64,000 nt of DNA, taken from assembly GCA_002842575.1 (NCBI GenBank), contig PHDJ01000013.1, forward strand, positions 18,830-82,829, given 5' to 3'. Below are positions 20,095 through 30,815 of this stretch, one piece after another. How positions within the stretch are numbered: position 1 is the first letter of the stretch; each line of letters starts with the position of its first letter. The notes beneath the pieces were generated by a model that ran no database searches, was not told the origin of the DNA, and saw only the letters and a list, made by a program, of their open reading frames with translations. This stretch comes from Bacteroidetes bacterium HGW-Bacteroidetes-2. GTDB lineage: Bacteria > Bacteroidota > Bacteroidia > Flavobacteriales > Flavobacteriaceae. The position numbers and the translations under genes are program-made.

Positions 20095-20577
20095 ATGGAG
20101 CAAATAGATATTATTTCAACATTGCAAGTGTATGACAATCTTGAAGAACTTTCGGATGACATACAAAACCTAATGAAAACCGCTATTGAAGCCAGAGAAA
20201 ATGCCTATGCACCTTATTCAAAATTTAAAGTTGGCGCAGCAATTCTTCTAGAAGACAATCAAATAGTAACAGGCAACAATCAAGAAAATGCGGCTTACCC
20301 ATCCGGTCTTTGTGCTGAGCGTATAGCCATATTTCATGCTAGTGCCATGCATCCTAATAAAAATGTTATTACCATAGCAATTACTGCTAAATCTGAAAAT
20401 AAAATACTCCGCATACCCACACCTCCTTGTGGAGCCTGTAGGCAAGTAATGGTCGAATATGAAATAAAACAAGACCAACCTATTGCCATTTATTTTATGG
20501 CAGAAAAAGGAAAAGTAATTAAAGTAGATTCCATAAAAGCATTACTTCCATTAGTTTTTGACCCTAGTTTTCTATAA
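20095..20577 (+). CDS. cdd: Cytidine deaminase
   Basis: AYAPYSKFKVGAA, NQENAAYPSGLCAER and PCGACRQ zinc motif. Confidence 0.93.
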   Translation: MEQIDIISTLQVYDNLEELSDDIQNLMKTAIEARENAYAPYSKFKVGAAILLEDNQIVTGNNQENAAYPSGLCAERIAIFHASAMHPNKNVITIAITAKSENKILRIPTPPCGACRQVMVEYEIKQDQPIAIYFMAEKGKVIKVDSIKALLPLVFDPSFL

Positions 20578-20802
20578 AAGTTTGAGAAAAACATTTCTAA
20601 TGAAAACATAAACCTTAAAACCTTAAAGCCAAAGAGGCGTTTTATCTTAAAGTTCTACTACTAATTTTTTACTTCACACTTTTTTAATACAATGCACTTT
20701 CTTATTCCTAACTAAAGTAGTATTTTTGCTAGCTGCTATTTCTATAATAGTAAAAGCCTATTGTTTATCTAAAATTGATTTTCGCTTTCGCGGAAAAGGA
20801 AT

Positions 20803-21804
20803 ATGAAAAAAATAACAAAGCAAACCTACCTAAATTGGTATGAAGAGATGCTCTTTTGGCGCAAGTTTGAAGACAAATTAGCCCAAGTTTATATCCAACA
20901 AAAAGTACGCGGATTTTTACATCTGTACAATGGTCAAGAAGCCATTCTTGCAGGATCTCTACACGCAATGGATTTAACTAAAGACAAAATGATTACGGCA
21001 TATAGAAACCATGTTCAACCCATTGGGATGGGCGTAGACCCAAAACGTGTAATGGCAGAATTGTATGGTAAAGCTACAGGCACCTCTCAAGGGCTTGGTG
21101 GTTCCATGCATATTTTTTCTAAAGAACATCGTTTTTTTGGTGGTCACGGAATAGTAGGGGGACAAATTCCTCTAGGAGCAGGCATTGCTTTTGCTGATAA
21201 ATATTTTAAAAGAGATGCTGTAACCCTAACCTTTTTGGGTGATGGCGCTGCAAGACAAGGTTCTTTACACGAAACTTTCAATATGGCAATGTTGTGGAAA
21301 CTACCAGTGGTTTTCTGCGTTGAAAACAATGGATATGCCATGGGTACTTCTGTAGCAAGAACAGCTAACCACACAGATATATGGAAGCTAGGTTTGGGCT
21401 ATGACATGCCCTGCGGCCCTGTTGACGCAATGAACCCTGTGAAAGTAGCTGAAGCTATGGACATTGCCATAAAACGAGCAAGAAAAGGAGATGGGCCTAC
21501 CTTTTTAGAATTAAAAACCTACCGATACCGAGGTCATTCCATGAGCGATGCACAATTATATCGCACAAAAGAAGAAGTGAGTGAATACATGAAAATAGAT
21601 CCGATAACCCAAGTGCTTGATGTTATAAATGAAAAAAAATACGCCACACAAAAAGAAATTGATACGATAGATAAACGTGTAAAAGAACGCGTGGCAGAAT
21701 GTGAAAAATTTGCCGAAGAATCTCCATTTCCTGATAAAAATGTAATGTATGACGTGGTATATGAACAAGAAAATTATCCATTTATAGCACATAAACCAGA
21801 ATAA
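20803..21804 (+). CDS. pdhA: Pyruvate dehydrogenase E1 alpha subunit
   Basis: GFLHLYNGQEA, GDGAARQG...N TPP motif and TYRYRGHSMSD. Confidence 0.96.
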   Translation: MKKITKQTYLNWYEEMLFWRKFEDKLAQVYIQQKVRGFLHLYNGQEAILAGSLHAMDLTKDKMITAYRNHVQPIGMGVDPKRVMAELYGKATGTSQGLGGSMHIFSKEHRFFGGHGIVGGQIPLGAGIAFADKYFKRDAVTLTFLGDGAARQGSLHETFNMAMLWKLPVVFCVENNGYAMGTSVARTANHTDIWKLGLGYDMPCGPVDAMNPVKVAEAMDIAIKRARKGDGPTFLELKTYRYRGHSMSDAQLYRTKEEVSEYMKIDPITQVLDVINEKKYATQKEIDTIDKRVKERVAECEKFAEESPFPDKNVMYDVVYEQENYPFIAHKPE

Positions 21805-21806
21805 TT

Positions 21807-23465
21807 ATGGCAGAAATAATAAATATGCCGAGACTTAGCGACACGATGGAAGAAGGCGTGGTTGCAAAATGGCTTAAAAAAGTTGGCGATAAAGTTTCTG
21901 AAGGCGATATCCTTGCAGAAATAGAAACAGATAAAGCGACTATGGAATTTGAATCCTTTTCTGAAGGAATATTACTCTATATTGGTCTTGAAGAAGGTGA
22001 AACCGCTCCAGTAGATACCCTTTTAGCTATTATTGGCGAAAAAGGAGAAGATATTTCAAAACTGATTAAAGGTAATAAAATGGCTGACAATAAAAACGAT
22101 GTCGTGAAAGAGAAAGCTGTTGAAGAGAAAATCGCTGATGCTGAAAATACCTCTAATAAAAAGCAAGAAATCACCGATAAAGAATCCTCTAAAAAAGCAA
22201 CTATACCAGAAGGAATTGAGATTATTAAAATGCCCCGACTAAGTGATACCATGACAGAAGGCACCGTAGCATCGTGGTTAAAAAAAGAAGGTGATACAGT
22301 AAAAGAAGGCGATATTTTAGCTGAAATAGAAACCGACAAAGCCACTATGGAATTTGAATCTTTCAGTAACGGCACACTTTTAAAAATAGGAATTCAAGAA
22401 GGTGTATCAGCACCCGTAGAATCCGTTTTAGCCATTATTGGTCCAAAAGGAACCGATATTTCTGGAGTATTTGAAAGTTTAAGTGCATCAGAAGCAGATG
22501 TAAAAAAAGAATCCTCTGAAACAGAAACACAAAAAATAATAAAATCAGAATTAATTGAAAAACCAAAAGTTTCTCCTGAAAAAGCAGCTTCACCTTCATT
22601 ATCTACAAAAACCCCCGGAGGAAGAATATTTGCCTCACCCTTAGCTAAAAAATTAGCTGAAGAAAAAGGAATTCAATTACAATACGTTCAAGGCTCAGGA
22701 GATCATGGTAGAATTGTAAAGAAAGATATTGAAACCTATCAGCCATTATCTTCGGGCGCACAAGCATATACTCCTTTAGGTGTAGAGCATTTTGAAGAAG
22801 TGAAAAATTCGCAAATGCGAAAAGCAATAGCTAAACGCTTGGGCGAATCTAAATTCACTGCTCCCCACTACTATTTAACCATGGAAATGGATATGGATAT
22901 AGCCATTGCATCTAGGGTGGCCATTAATGCAACTTCAGACAATAAAATATCTTTTAACGATATGATTGTTAAAGCGTCTGCTATGGCATTGCGCAAGCAC
23001 CCAAGGGTAAATACTCAATGGACTGCTGAAACAACTCGTATCGCCCAACATATTCATATTGGGGTAGCCGTAGCCGTGGAAGACGGACTTTTAGTGCCGG
23101 TACTTAAATTTGCCGATCAAATGAGTTTTTCGCAAATTGGAGCAAGCGTTAAAGAACTTGCCGGAAGAGCAAGAGACAAAAAACTAAAACCAGAGGAAAT
23201 GGAAGGAAGTACTTTTACCGTTTCTAATCTTGGCATGTTTGGCATACGAGAGTTTACCTCTATTATCAACCAGCCCAATTCTGCCATTTTATCAGTAGGA
23301 GCTATTGTAGAAAAACCAGTAGTTAAAAATGGTAACATCGTTGTTGGAAATACCATGACCGTAACTTTAGCCTGCGATCATCGAACCGTGGACGGAGCAA
23401 CGGGAGCCGCTTTTTTACAAACCCTAAAACAATATATTGAAAATCCAGTAGCTATGTTTGTATAA
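21807..23465 (+). CDS. pdhC: Pyruvate dehydrogenase E2, dihydrolipoamide acetyltransferase (two lipoyl domains)
   Basis: Two EIETDKATME lipoyl motifs, E3-binding ASPLAKKLA, catalytic DHRTVDG. Confidence 0.95.
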   Translation: MAEIINMPRLSDTMEEGVVAKWLKKVGDKVSEGDILAEIETDKATMEFESFSEGILLYIGLEEGETAPVDTLLAIIGEKGEDISKLIKGNKMADNKNDVVKEKAVEEKIADAENTSNKKQEITDKESSKKATIPEGIEIIKMPRLSDTMTEGTVASWLKKEGDTVKEGDILAEIETDKATMEFESFSNGTLLKIGIQEGVSAPVESVLAIIGPKGTDISGVFESLSASEADVKKESSETETQKIIKSELIEKPKVSPEKAASPSLSTKTPGGRIFASPLAKKLAEEKGIQLQYVQGSGDHGRIVKKDIETYQPLSSGAQAYTPLGVEHFEEVKNSQMRKAIAKRLGESKFTAPHYYLTMEMDMDIAIASRVAINATSDNKISFNDMIVKASAMALRKHPRVNTQWTAETTRIAQHIHIGVAVAVEDGLLVPVLKFADQMSFSQIGASVKELAGRARDKKLKPEEMEGSTFTVSNLGMFGIREFTSIINQPNSAILSVGAIVEKPVVKNGNIVVGNTMTVTLACDHRTVDGATGAAFLQTLKQYIENPVAMFV

Positions 23466-23546
23466 ACGAAATCAAATAAATTTTAAAACCCCGTTTTTTA
23501 CATCATTTTTGCTGTAATTAGTGGGTTTTTTTTATCTTTAAATTCT

Positions 23547-24230
23547 ATGAAAAAAAACATTATCATTACAGGCACAAGTAGAGGCATAGGGTTAGAATTG
23601 GTAAAACAATTTGCCACAGCTGGGCATAATGTTTTGGCTTTATCCAGAAATGAAAAGCCTTGCTTGGCACTACAATTAGAAAATGTCACCACTATTTCGT
23701 GCGACATTACTCTTTCAGAAAACGTAAAGAATGCAGTTAATTATGTAAAAAATAAATGGAAAGCGGTAGACATACTAATTAATAATTCGGGTAAGTTAGT
23801 AAACCAACCCTTTGAAAAAATTACTTTAGAAATGTGGCAGGAGGTCTATAATGTAAACGTTTTTGGGGTAGTAAATTTAACCAAAGCAATACTGCCATTT
23901 ATGCAAAAAAATAGTCATGTGGTTAACATAAGCAGTATGGGAGGCGTGCAAGGAAGTGTAAAATTTGCCGGTTTAAGTGCCTATAGCTCTAGTAAAGGTG
24001 CACTAATTACCTTGACAGAACTTTTAGCAGAAGAATATAAAGAAACAGGACCATCATTTAATGTTTTAACATTAGGAGCTGTACAAACTGAAATGTTAGC
24101 AGAAGCTTTTCCTGGCTATCAAGCATCAATTACCGCAGAAGAAATGGCCAGCTATATTATGGATTTTTCTTTGAATGGAAATAAATTTTATAACGGAAAA
24201 ATTATGCAAGTTTCTAATTCAACACCATAA
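23547..24230 (+). CDS. SDR family oxidoreductase
   Basis: ITGTSRGIG, NNSG, NISS and YSSSK catalytic motif. Confidence 0.9.
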   Translation: MKKNIIITGTSRGIGLELVKQFATAGHNVLALSRNEKPCLALQLENVTTISCDITLSENVKNAVNYVKNKWKAVDILINNSGKLVNQPFEKITLEMWQEVYNVNVFGVVNLTKAILPFMQKNSHVVNISSMGGVQGSVKFAGLSAYSSSKGALITLTELLAEEYKETGPSFNVLTLGAVQTEMLAEAFPGYQASITAEEMASYIMDFSLNGNKFYNGKIMQVSNSTP

Positions 24231-24275
24231 GTTAAATTAAAAAAAAGAAAATACAGCCTTTGAAGGAATTAAAAA

Positions 24276-24875
24276 ATGAAAGAAATCCTCGCTGAATATA
24301 TTCCAGAAACTACTGTTGAGCGTGCTTTTGATCTGATAAAAAAGAACAAAGTATATTTGCAGATTGTAAATCAGAGAGTTACTCGTCACGGCGATTATCG
24401 TATTTTACAAAATGGGCAACACAAAATAACCATAAACGCATCAGGTAATAAATATAGATTTTTTATAACCTTGATCCACGAAATGGCGCATTTAGAAGCC
24501 TTTGAAATATATGGAAGAAGAATTAAACCGCACGGTTTAGAGTGGAAAATTACCTTTCAAAAACTTATGTTGCCTTTTATTCATCCCGAAGTATTTCCTA
24601 ACACAATACTACCCTTAGTAGCAAGACATTTTAGAAATCCAAAAGCAAGTAGTGATACCGATGCAAAACTTGCATTAGCTTTAAAGCACTATGACCTCCC
24701 CAACGATAAAAACTATATCTTTGAAATTCCGCACGGAGCATTATTTAAAATGTATAATGGGAAAGTATTTAAACGTGGAGCAAAAAGAGTAAAACGTTTT
24801 GAGTGTTTAGAAATAAGTTCTGGCAAAACCTATCTTTTTAATCCTAATGCAGAAGTTCAACTTTTAAAACAATAG
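24276..24875 (+). CDS. SprT-like zinc metalloprotease domain protein
   Basis: TLIHEMAH (HExxH) and PHGLEWK motifs. Confidence 0.85.
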   Translation: MKEILAEYIPETTVERAFDLIKKNKVYLQIVNQRVTRHGDYRILQNGQHKITINASGNKYRFFITLIHEMAHLEAFEIYGRRIKPHGLEWKITFQKLMLPFIHPEVFPNTILPLVARHFRNPKASSDTDAKLALALKHYDLPNDKNYIFEIPHGALFKMYNGKVFKRGAKRVKRFECLEISSGKTYLFNPNAEVQLLKQ

Positions 24876-24877
24876 GA

Positions 24878-25948
24878 ATGCATACAAATTATTACGCAGT
24901 AATTATGGCAGGAGGCATTGGGTCACGATTTTGGCCAGTGAGTACAGAGGACTTTCCGAAACAATTTCATGATTTATTGGGTAGTGGACAATCCTTAATT
25001 CAAAAAACATATAGTAGGTTACTAAAAATTATTCCAAAAAATAATATTCTTATTCTTACTAATGAACGCTATAAAAAGTTAGTTCTTGAACAACTTCCTG
25101 AGGTTTCAGAAACCCAATTAGTTTTAGAACCCGCAATGCGAAATACTGCACCTTGTATTTTACTTTCTGCCTTAAAAATTCAGAAAAAAAACCCAAATGC
25201 AATTATGCTAGTAGCCCCCAGCGATCACTGGATTGAAGATGAAAACGCATTTAAAAAAAATATAATTACTGCTTTTGACGCTTGTGAAAAGGAAGATATT
25301 TTAATGACTTTAGGCATTCCACCCACTTTTCCAAATACTGGGTATGGATACATAAAATTTGATAAACAAGAACCCTCTACTAGAAAAAAAGTACTTCAAT
25401 TTACCGAAAAACCAAATTATGCCACTGCAAAAGGGTTTTTAAATGAAGGCAATTACCTTTGGAATGCTGGAATTTTTATTTGGAACACAAAGAGCATTAT
25501 CGATTGTTTTTCTTCACATTTACCAGATATGTTTGCTCTGTTTTCTAAGGGAATAACTACTTTAAATACAGCAGAAGAAATGGATTTTATAAATAAAAAT
25601 TATACCACTTCTGAAAATATTTCTATTGACTACGGTATTTTAGAAAAGGCCACAAATGTATTCACTCTAACTGCAGATTTTGATTGGAATGATTTAGGTA
25701 CTTGGGGTTCTTTGTATGAAAAACTTTCAAAAGACCAAAACAATAATGCAGTAGTTCGTGCTAAAACATTGCTTATTAATGCAGAAAATAATATTATACA
25801 AACAAATTCTGGTAAAACAGTTGTTGTAAGTGATTTGTCCAATTATATAATAGTGGATACTGAAAAAACACTCCTTATAGTTCCAAAAGAAAAAGAACAA
25901 GATATAAAGCAAATTCAAGAAATTGCAAAACAACATTTCAAAACATAA
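24878..25948 (+). CDS. Mannose-1-phosphate guanylyltransferase
   Basis: IMAGGIGSRFWPVS..PKQF, EPAMRNTAP, PSDHWI, FTEKP, WNAGIF and WNDLGTW motifs. Confidence 0.93.
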   Translation: MHTNYYAVIMAGGIGSRFWPVSTEDFPKQFHDLLGSGQSLIQKTYSRLLKIIPKNNILILTNERYKKLVLEQLPEVSETQLVLEPAMRNTAPCILLSALKIQKKNPNAIMLVAPSDHWIEDENAFKKNIITAFDACEKEDILMTLGIPPTFPNTGYGYIKFDKQEPSTRKKVLQFTEKPNYATAKGFLNEGNYLWNAGIFIWNTKSIIDCFSSHLPDMFALFSKGITTLNTAEEMDFINKNYTTSENISIDYGILEKATNVFTLTADFDWNDLGTWGSLYEKLSKDQNNNAVVRAKTLLINAENNIIQTNSGKTVVVSDLSNYIIVDTEKTLLIVPKEKEQDIKQIQEIAKQHFKT

Positions 25949-25958
25949 TAGAATTACC

Positions 25959-27386
25959 ATGGAAACAAACTCTCAAAATAATTCTGAAAATAAAAGTGCA
26001 GAAAATCTTAAAAATAGTGCGCAAAATACTTTTGGAAGTATAAAAATATTTTTTACAGAATTATTGGATATTCGTCACGATACAGATACAGAAAATACCG
26101 TTGAAGCCATTAAAAAAGAAATATCTTTTAAAGCCCATAATGCTTGGATTCTTATTTTTTCCATTTTTGTTGCATCTATAGGTCTAAATGTTAGTAGTGC
26201 GGCAGTAGTCATTGGAGCGATGTTAATCTCTCCATTAATGGGGCCAATTGTTGGCATAGGTATGTCAGTGGCTATTAATGATGTTGATACATTAAGACGA
26301 TCTTTAATAAATCTTGGTGTGATGATTTTGTTAAGTGTTTTAACCGCTTATTTGTATTTTTTACTTTCACCATTAACAAAATTAACTCCAGAACTAGAGG
26401 CAAGAACTTACCCCACCATATTAGATGTTCTTGTTGCTATTTTTGGTGGTTTAGCACTTATTGTAGCCAAAACTAAAAAGGGTACTATTGCCAGTGTTAT
26501 TTTTGGTGTGGCAATAGCAACGGCATTAATGCCGCCACTTTGTACTGCTGGTTATGGACTGGCAGTTGGAAATATGGAATATTTTTTCGGCGCATTTTAT
26601 TTATTTACCATAAACTCTATTTTCATTGCACTTTCCACTTTCTTAGTTGCAAAATTACTTGGTTTTCCTTTGGTTAGATATGCAAATTCACAGCGCAGAA
26701 GACGCATTGCTCAAATAGCAACCACCATAGCCATTGTAGTTATGATACCTAGTGCATTACTCTTTTGGGAATTATTGAATAAAGAAATATTTATCACAAA
26801 TACCACATCGTTTGTGGATGAAACCGTGCATCATGAAGGCACTGAAATGCTTAAAGTAGCTTCAGATTATGATACTAAGATGATTGAAATTTATTTAATA
26901 GGGAGACCTGTTTCTTTAGATGTTATTTCATCGTGGCAAAGTAAATTAGAAAATACAGATAAATTAAAAGAAGTTAAACTAAAAGTATATCAAGGTGCTG
27001 ATCAAAGTTCAGAAATTTCAGAAAGGCTTTCTACTGAGGTTAGAGCAGGTATTTTAAGCGATTTATATACTAAAAATCAAGAGGTTTTACAGAGTAAGGA
27101 AAGCCAAATTCAATTTTTAGAAAACCAATTGGCTAGAATGACAACCGCAGGAATCCCTTTTGATGAACTTAGTAAAGAAATTAAAATTAACTATCAGAAT
27201 TTAACCTCTATTTCCTATGCAAACACCTTAAAATCTAATTTTTCAAAAGTGGATACCATTCCTCAATTTATGGTGAGTTGGGATGAATCTCTTTCAGAAA
27301 CTCAAAAGGAGGAAAATCAAAAAAAGTTAAAACAGTGGCTTATTTTTAGATTAAAAATGGATAACATTGTGATGAAAGAGTTATAG
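25959..27386 (+). CDS. DUF389 (TIGR00341-like) membrane protein
   Basis: SAAVVIGAMLISPLMGPI and GVAIATALMPPL motifs. Start placed at METNSQ (25959) to avoid overlap with the upstream gene. Confidence 0.85.
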   Translation: METNSQNNSENKSAENLKNSAQNTFGSIKIFFTELLDIRHDTDTENTVEAIKKEISFKAHNAWILIFSIFVASIGLNVSSAAVVIGAMLISPLMGPIVGIGMSVAINDVDTLRRSLINLGVMILLSVLTAYLYFLLSPLTKLTPELEARTYPTILDVLVAIFGGLALIVAKTKKGTIASVIFGVAIATALMPPLCTAGYGLAVGNMEYFFGAFYLFTINSIFIALSTFLVAKLLGFPLVRYANSQRRRRIAQIATTIAIVVMIPSALLFWELLNKEIFITNTTSFVDETVHHEGTEMLKVASDYDTKMIEIYLIGRPVSLDVISSWQSKLENTDKLKEVKLKVYQGADQSSEISERLSTEVRAGILSDLYTKNQEVLQSKESQIQFLENQLARMTTAGIPFDELSKEIKINYQNLTSISYANTLKSNFSKVDTIPQFMVSWDESLSETQKEENQKKLKQWLIFRLKMDNIVMKEL

Positions 27387-27414
27387 TGAAATAAAAATAT
27401 AGAAATATTTTAGT

Positions 27415-28179
27415 TTATCCCTCTTTTTTTTGAACGGCTCTTATTTTTTTAAATAAATCTGACGAGTAAACAAAGTCAGTAACCACCTCGTTATCAGTTT
27501 TAAAAATTTCAGTTTTATCGCCTTTCCAAACTAATATTCCTTCTTTTAGAAAGATAATAGTTTCCCCTATTTCCATTACAGAATTCATGTCATGGGTGTT
27601 TATTACAGTGGTAATATTATATTCGTGAGTGATTTCTTGAATTAAAGTGTCAATAACGGTTGCCGTTCTAGGGTCTAATCCGGAATTAGGTTCATCGCAA
27701 AATAAATATTTAGGTTTGTTGACAATAGCTCTAGCTATAGCAACTCTTTTTTGCATTCCACCTGAAATTTCGGCTGGTAATTTTTTGTTGACATTTTCTA
27801 AATTCACACGTTTTAATACTTCATTCACTCGATCTAGCATTTCCTTTTTATTACTTTTGCTAAACATTCTAAGCGGAAACATCACGTTTTCTTCAATGTT
27901 CATAGAGTCAAATAAAGCGCCACCTTGAAAAAGCATTCCCATTTGTTTACGCAAATCACTTTTTTGATCTTTATTCATATCTTGAATAGCAGTATCTTCA
28001 AAAATAATTTTTCCTTTTTCAGGAGTAAATAATCCTAAAAGACATTTTAAGAAAACAGTTTTGCCACTACCACTTTGCCCAATAATTAAATTGGTTTTTC
28101 CTTTCTCAAAAACAGTTGAAATGCCTTTTAACACTTCTTCTTCGCCAAAGCTTTTGTATATGTTTTCTACTTTTATCAT
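27415..28179 (-). CDS. mlaF: MlaF/Mkl-type ABC transporter ATP-binding protein
   Basis: Walker A GQSGSGKT, ISGGMQKR, CDEPNSGLDP, THD. Start MIKVEN (28179) overlaps the mlaE stop (TAATG). Confidence 0.85.
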   Translation of the reverse strand: MIKVENIYKSFGEEEVLKGISTVFEKGKTNLIIGQSGSGKTVFLKCLLGLFTPEKGKIIFEDTAIQDMNKDQKSDLRKQMGMLFQGGALFDSMNIEENVMFPLRMFSKSNKKEMLDRVNEVLKRVNLENVNKKLPAEISGGMQKRVAIARAIVNKPKYLFCDEPNSGLDPRTATVIDTLIQEITHEYNITTVINTHDMNSVMEIGETIIFLKEGILVWKGDKTEIFKTDNEVVTDFVYSSDLFKKIRAVQKKEG

Positions 28180-28916
28180 TAGCCTAACAGCATTTGAGTT
28201 ATAATGAAATTTGCAAGAATAATTAATACACTCGTCCAAACAAAGGAGTTTGTACTTGCTTTACCTACTTCTAAAGCACCACCTTTCATATAATATCCTT
28301 GCCAGGAAGGAACCGTAGCTAAAATAAAGGCAAACACAAAGGTTTTTATAAATGCATATGTAATATGAAAGGGGATAAAGGTTTCTTGAAGGCCGGTTGC
28401 GTAATCTGCAGAGCTAACAAAACCACCGTAAACACCTGCAATCCACCCACCAGCAATGCCTAATGTCATGGCAAATATGATTAAAAATGGATAAAAAAGT
28501 AATGCAATAATTTTAGGAAAAACTAAATAGTTTAAAGAATTGATTCCCATGACTTCTAATGCATCTATTTGTTCGGTTACTCGCATGGAGCCTAAACTGG
28601 AAGTAATAAAGGATCCTACCTTTCCTGCCATAATTATAGAAATAAAAGTTGGTGCAAATTCTAGTAAAATAGATTGCCTTGTGGCAAACCCAATAAGACT
28701 TTTAGGAATTAATGGATTTTCCATATTTAACGCCGTTTGGATAGCAATTACCCCTCCAACAAAAAAAGAAATAAAAGCCACAATGCCTAACGAGCTTATT
28801 ATGAGGTCGTTAATTTCTTTAAATATAAGATGCTTTAAAACAGACGTTTTTGTTGGTCTGCTGAACACTAGCCGCAACATGGAAAAATAGGAGCCAATAT
28901 CCCTTATATATTTCAT
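28179..28916 (-). CDS. mlaE: MlaE-family ABC permease
   Basis: LEFAPTFISIIMAGKVGS, LGSMRVTEQIDALEVMG, GGALEVGKAST. Confidence 0.9.
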   Translation of the reverse strand: MKYIRDIGSYFSMLRLVFSRPTKTSVLKHLIFKEINDLIISSLGIVAFISFFVGGVIAIQTALNMENPLIPKSLIGFATRQSILLEFAPTFISIIMAGKVGSFITSSLGSMRVTEQIDALEVMGINSLNYLVFPKIIALLFYPFLIIFAMTLGIAGGWIAGVYGGFVSSADYATGLQETFIPFHITYAFIKTFVFAFILATVPSWQGYYMKGGALEVGKASTNSFVWTSVLIILANFIITQMLLG

Positions 28917-29028
28917 ACACTTTTTTTCTAAGGCTAAAGTAGCAAAAAAAATTGGTGCTTAATTAACCTTAAAGTAAAGTTTAAGACATTTAAGTTGCTT
29001 ATTTTTGTTTTAATAAATAATAGTCCTA

Positions 29029-30687
29029 ATGAAGTTATTTTTTTTATCTGTAATATTTATTTTAACTACCCTATTTCTTTTTTCACAATCTTCAGAAATT
29101 AAAACTCTTGATGATCCTCTTGCTAAACAACCAAAACTTGTTATAGGTATTGTGGTAGATCAAATGCGATATGATTATTTGACAAGATTTTACACTAAAT
29201 ATAGCGATGGAGGTTTTAAAAGAATGATGCAAGAAGGATTTACTTTTAAAAATCATCATTTTAACTACATTCCTACTTACACAGGTCCTGGACATGCTTC
29301 TGTTTATACCGGAACATCACCCAGTGTTCATGGCATTATTGCTAATGATTGGTATGACAAAACCCATCTAAAAAGTGTTTATTGTGTTGAAGATGATTCC
29401 GTAACAGCTATAGGCACACAAAGTAAAGCGGGTAAAATGTCGCCCCATAGAATGAAAACAACCACCATTACAGACCAACTTCGTTTAGCAACCCAACAAA
29501 AATCTAAAGTAATAGGAATTTCATTAAAAGACAGAGGCGCTATTTTACCTTCTGGGCACAGCGGCACTGCCTATTGGTTTCATGGCAAAGAAGAAGGAAA
29601 ATGGATAAGCAGCTCCTTTTATATGAAAAAGTTACCACAATGGGTAACCGATTTTAATGCATCCGGAATCGTAAACAGCTATTTACAGCAATGGAATACT
29701 TTTTATCCAATTGAGACCTATTATGAAAGCGGGCCAGATAAAACCGATTATGAAAAGACATTTAAAGGAAAAGAAATTTCTGTTTTTCCTTATGATATAA
29801 AGGTCTTGGCTCCAGAAAATGGTAATTTTGATTTGATTAAAGAAACCCCCTTTGGAAATAATATCACTACAGATTTTGCAATAGCAGCCATCGAAGGAGA
29901 AAATCTTGGAGCAAACAATGTTACTGATTTTTTAGCCATAAGTTATTCCAGTACCGATTACATTGGACACAGTTTTGGTATTAATTCAAAAGAAATTGAG
30001 GACACCTATATACGATTAGACAAAGATTTAGAAAGGCTTTTTAATTACCTAGACAAAACATTAGGCAAAAAACAATACACGTTGTTTCTTACTTCAGACC
30101 ATGGCGCAGTACAATCTCCAGGATATTTGCAAACCCAAAAAATTCCATCTGGATTTTTTAGTATTAATGATTTTAAAAATGCAGTAATTAGGCATACAAA
30201 ACAAGCTTTTAACCTAGATAACCTCATCGAAAATATCTCTAGTAATCAAATTTTTTTGAATTTTGAAAACTTGAAATTAAATAATTTAAAAACCGAAAAT
30301 GTACAGAATAGCATAGCAGAATTTGTGCTGCAATACCCTCAAATAGACAAGGTTTTTACTCGCCACCAGTTAGGATATGTGCATTATACCAATGGTATTG
30401 GAGCACTTATTCAAAATGGTTTTCATCAAAAAAGAAGTGGCGATGTGGTTTATGTGCTTGATCCTGCTACAATTTCTACTTTTTATCAAGACGGCGGCAC
30501 CACTCATGGCAGTGGTTATAGTTATGACACTCATGTGCCTCTATTATTTTTTGGGAAAGGTATAAAAAAAGGCAGCACCCATGTCAGGTCAGAAGTAATT
30601 GATATTGCGCCAACATTAGCATCCTTTTTAGAAATTGCTAGGCCAAATGGCACAACAGGAAAAGTGTTGACAGAATTGTTGGATTAA
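29029..30687 (+). CDS. pafA: Alkaline phosphatase, PafA type
   Basis: VVDQMRYDY, PTYTGPGHAS (Thr nucleophile), SLKDRG, STDYIGH, TSDHG and THGSGYSYDTHVP; signal peptide. Confidence 0.88.
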   Translation: MKLFFLSVIFILTTLFLFSQSSEIKTLDDPLAKQPKLVIGIVVDQMRYDYLTRFYTKYSDGGFKRMMQEGFTFKNHHFNYIPTYTGPGHASVYTGTSPSVHGIIANDWYDKTHLKSVYCVEDDSVTAIGTQSKAGKMSPHRMKTTTITDQLRLATQQKSKVIGISLKDRGAILPSGHSGTAYWFHGKEEGKWISSSFYMKKLPQWVTDFNASGIVNSYLQQWNTFYPIETYYESGPDKTDYEKTFKGKEISVFPYDIKVLAPENGNFDLIKETPFGNNITTDFAIAAIEGENLGANNVTDFLAISYSSTDYIGHSFGINSKEIEDTYIRLDKDLERLFNYLDKTLGKKQYTLFLTSDHGAVQSPGYLQTQKIPSGFFSINDFKNAVIRHTKQAFNLDNLIENISSNQIFLNFENLKLNNLKTENVQNSIAEFVLQYPQIDKVFTRHQLGYVHYTNGIGALIQNGFHQKRSGDVVYVLDPATISTFYQDGGTTHGSGYSYDTHVPLLFFGKGIKKGSTHVRSEVIDIAPTLASFLEIARPNGTTGKVLTELLD

Positions 30688-30700
30688 TTTTAAGAAGCTT

Positions 30701-30765
30701 TAACCCGCTTTTCGCTATATCTTTTTTTGAAAAATCAAAAAAAGGATGCCACTACAATCGGGGCT
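30701..30765 (+). ncRNA. Flavo-1-like structured RNA / intergenic repeat
   Basis: TAACCCGCTTTTCGCTATATCTTTTTTTGA-AAA-TCAAAAAAAGGATGCCACTACAATCGGGGCT: outer CCCG/CGGG stem and inner ATCTTTTTTTGA/TCAAAAAAAGGAT stem. It matches my recollection of the Flavo-1 motif of Flavobacteria; not verified by a covariance-model search. Confidence 0.7.
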
Positions 30766-30815
30766 AAAAAACAAATCTTCTAAAATTTAAACGTAGGCAT
30801 CAAGCGAGATGAAAT

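Noticed and set aside
20803-23465. pdhA directly followed by E2 without pdhB
   Set aside because: From recall this split arrangement is normal in Flavobacteriaceae, with pdhB located elsewhere.
27415-28239. N-terminal extensions in track ORFs (MlaF from 28239, MurF 13026, DUF389 25923, MscS 62498, ECF 38065)
   Set aside because: The extensions overlap neighbouring genes or terminators. Downstream ATGs give family-typical N-termini.
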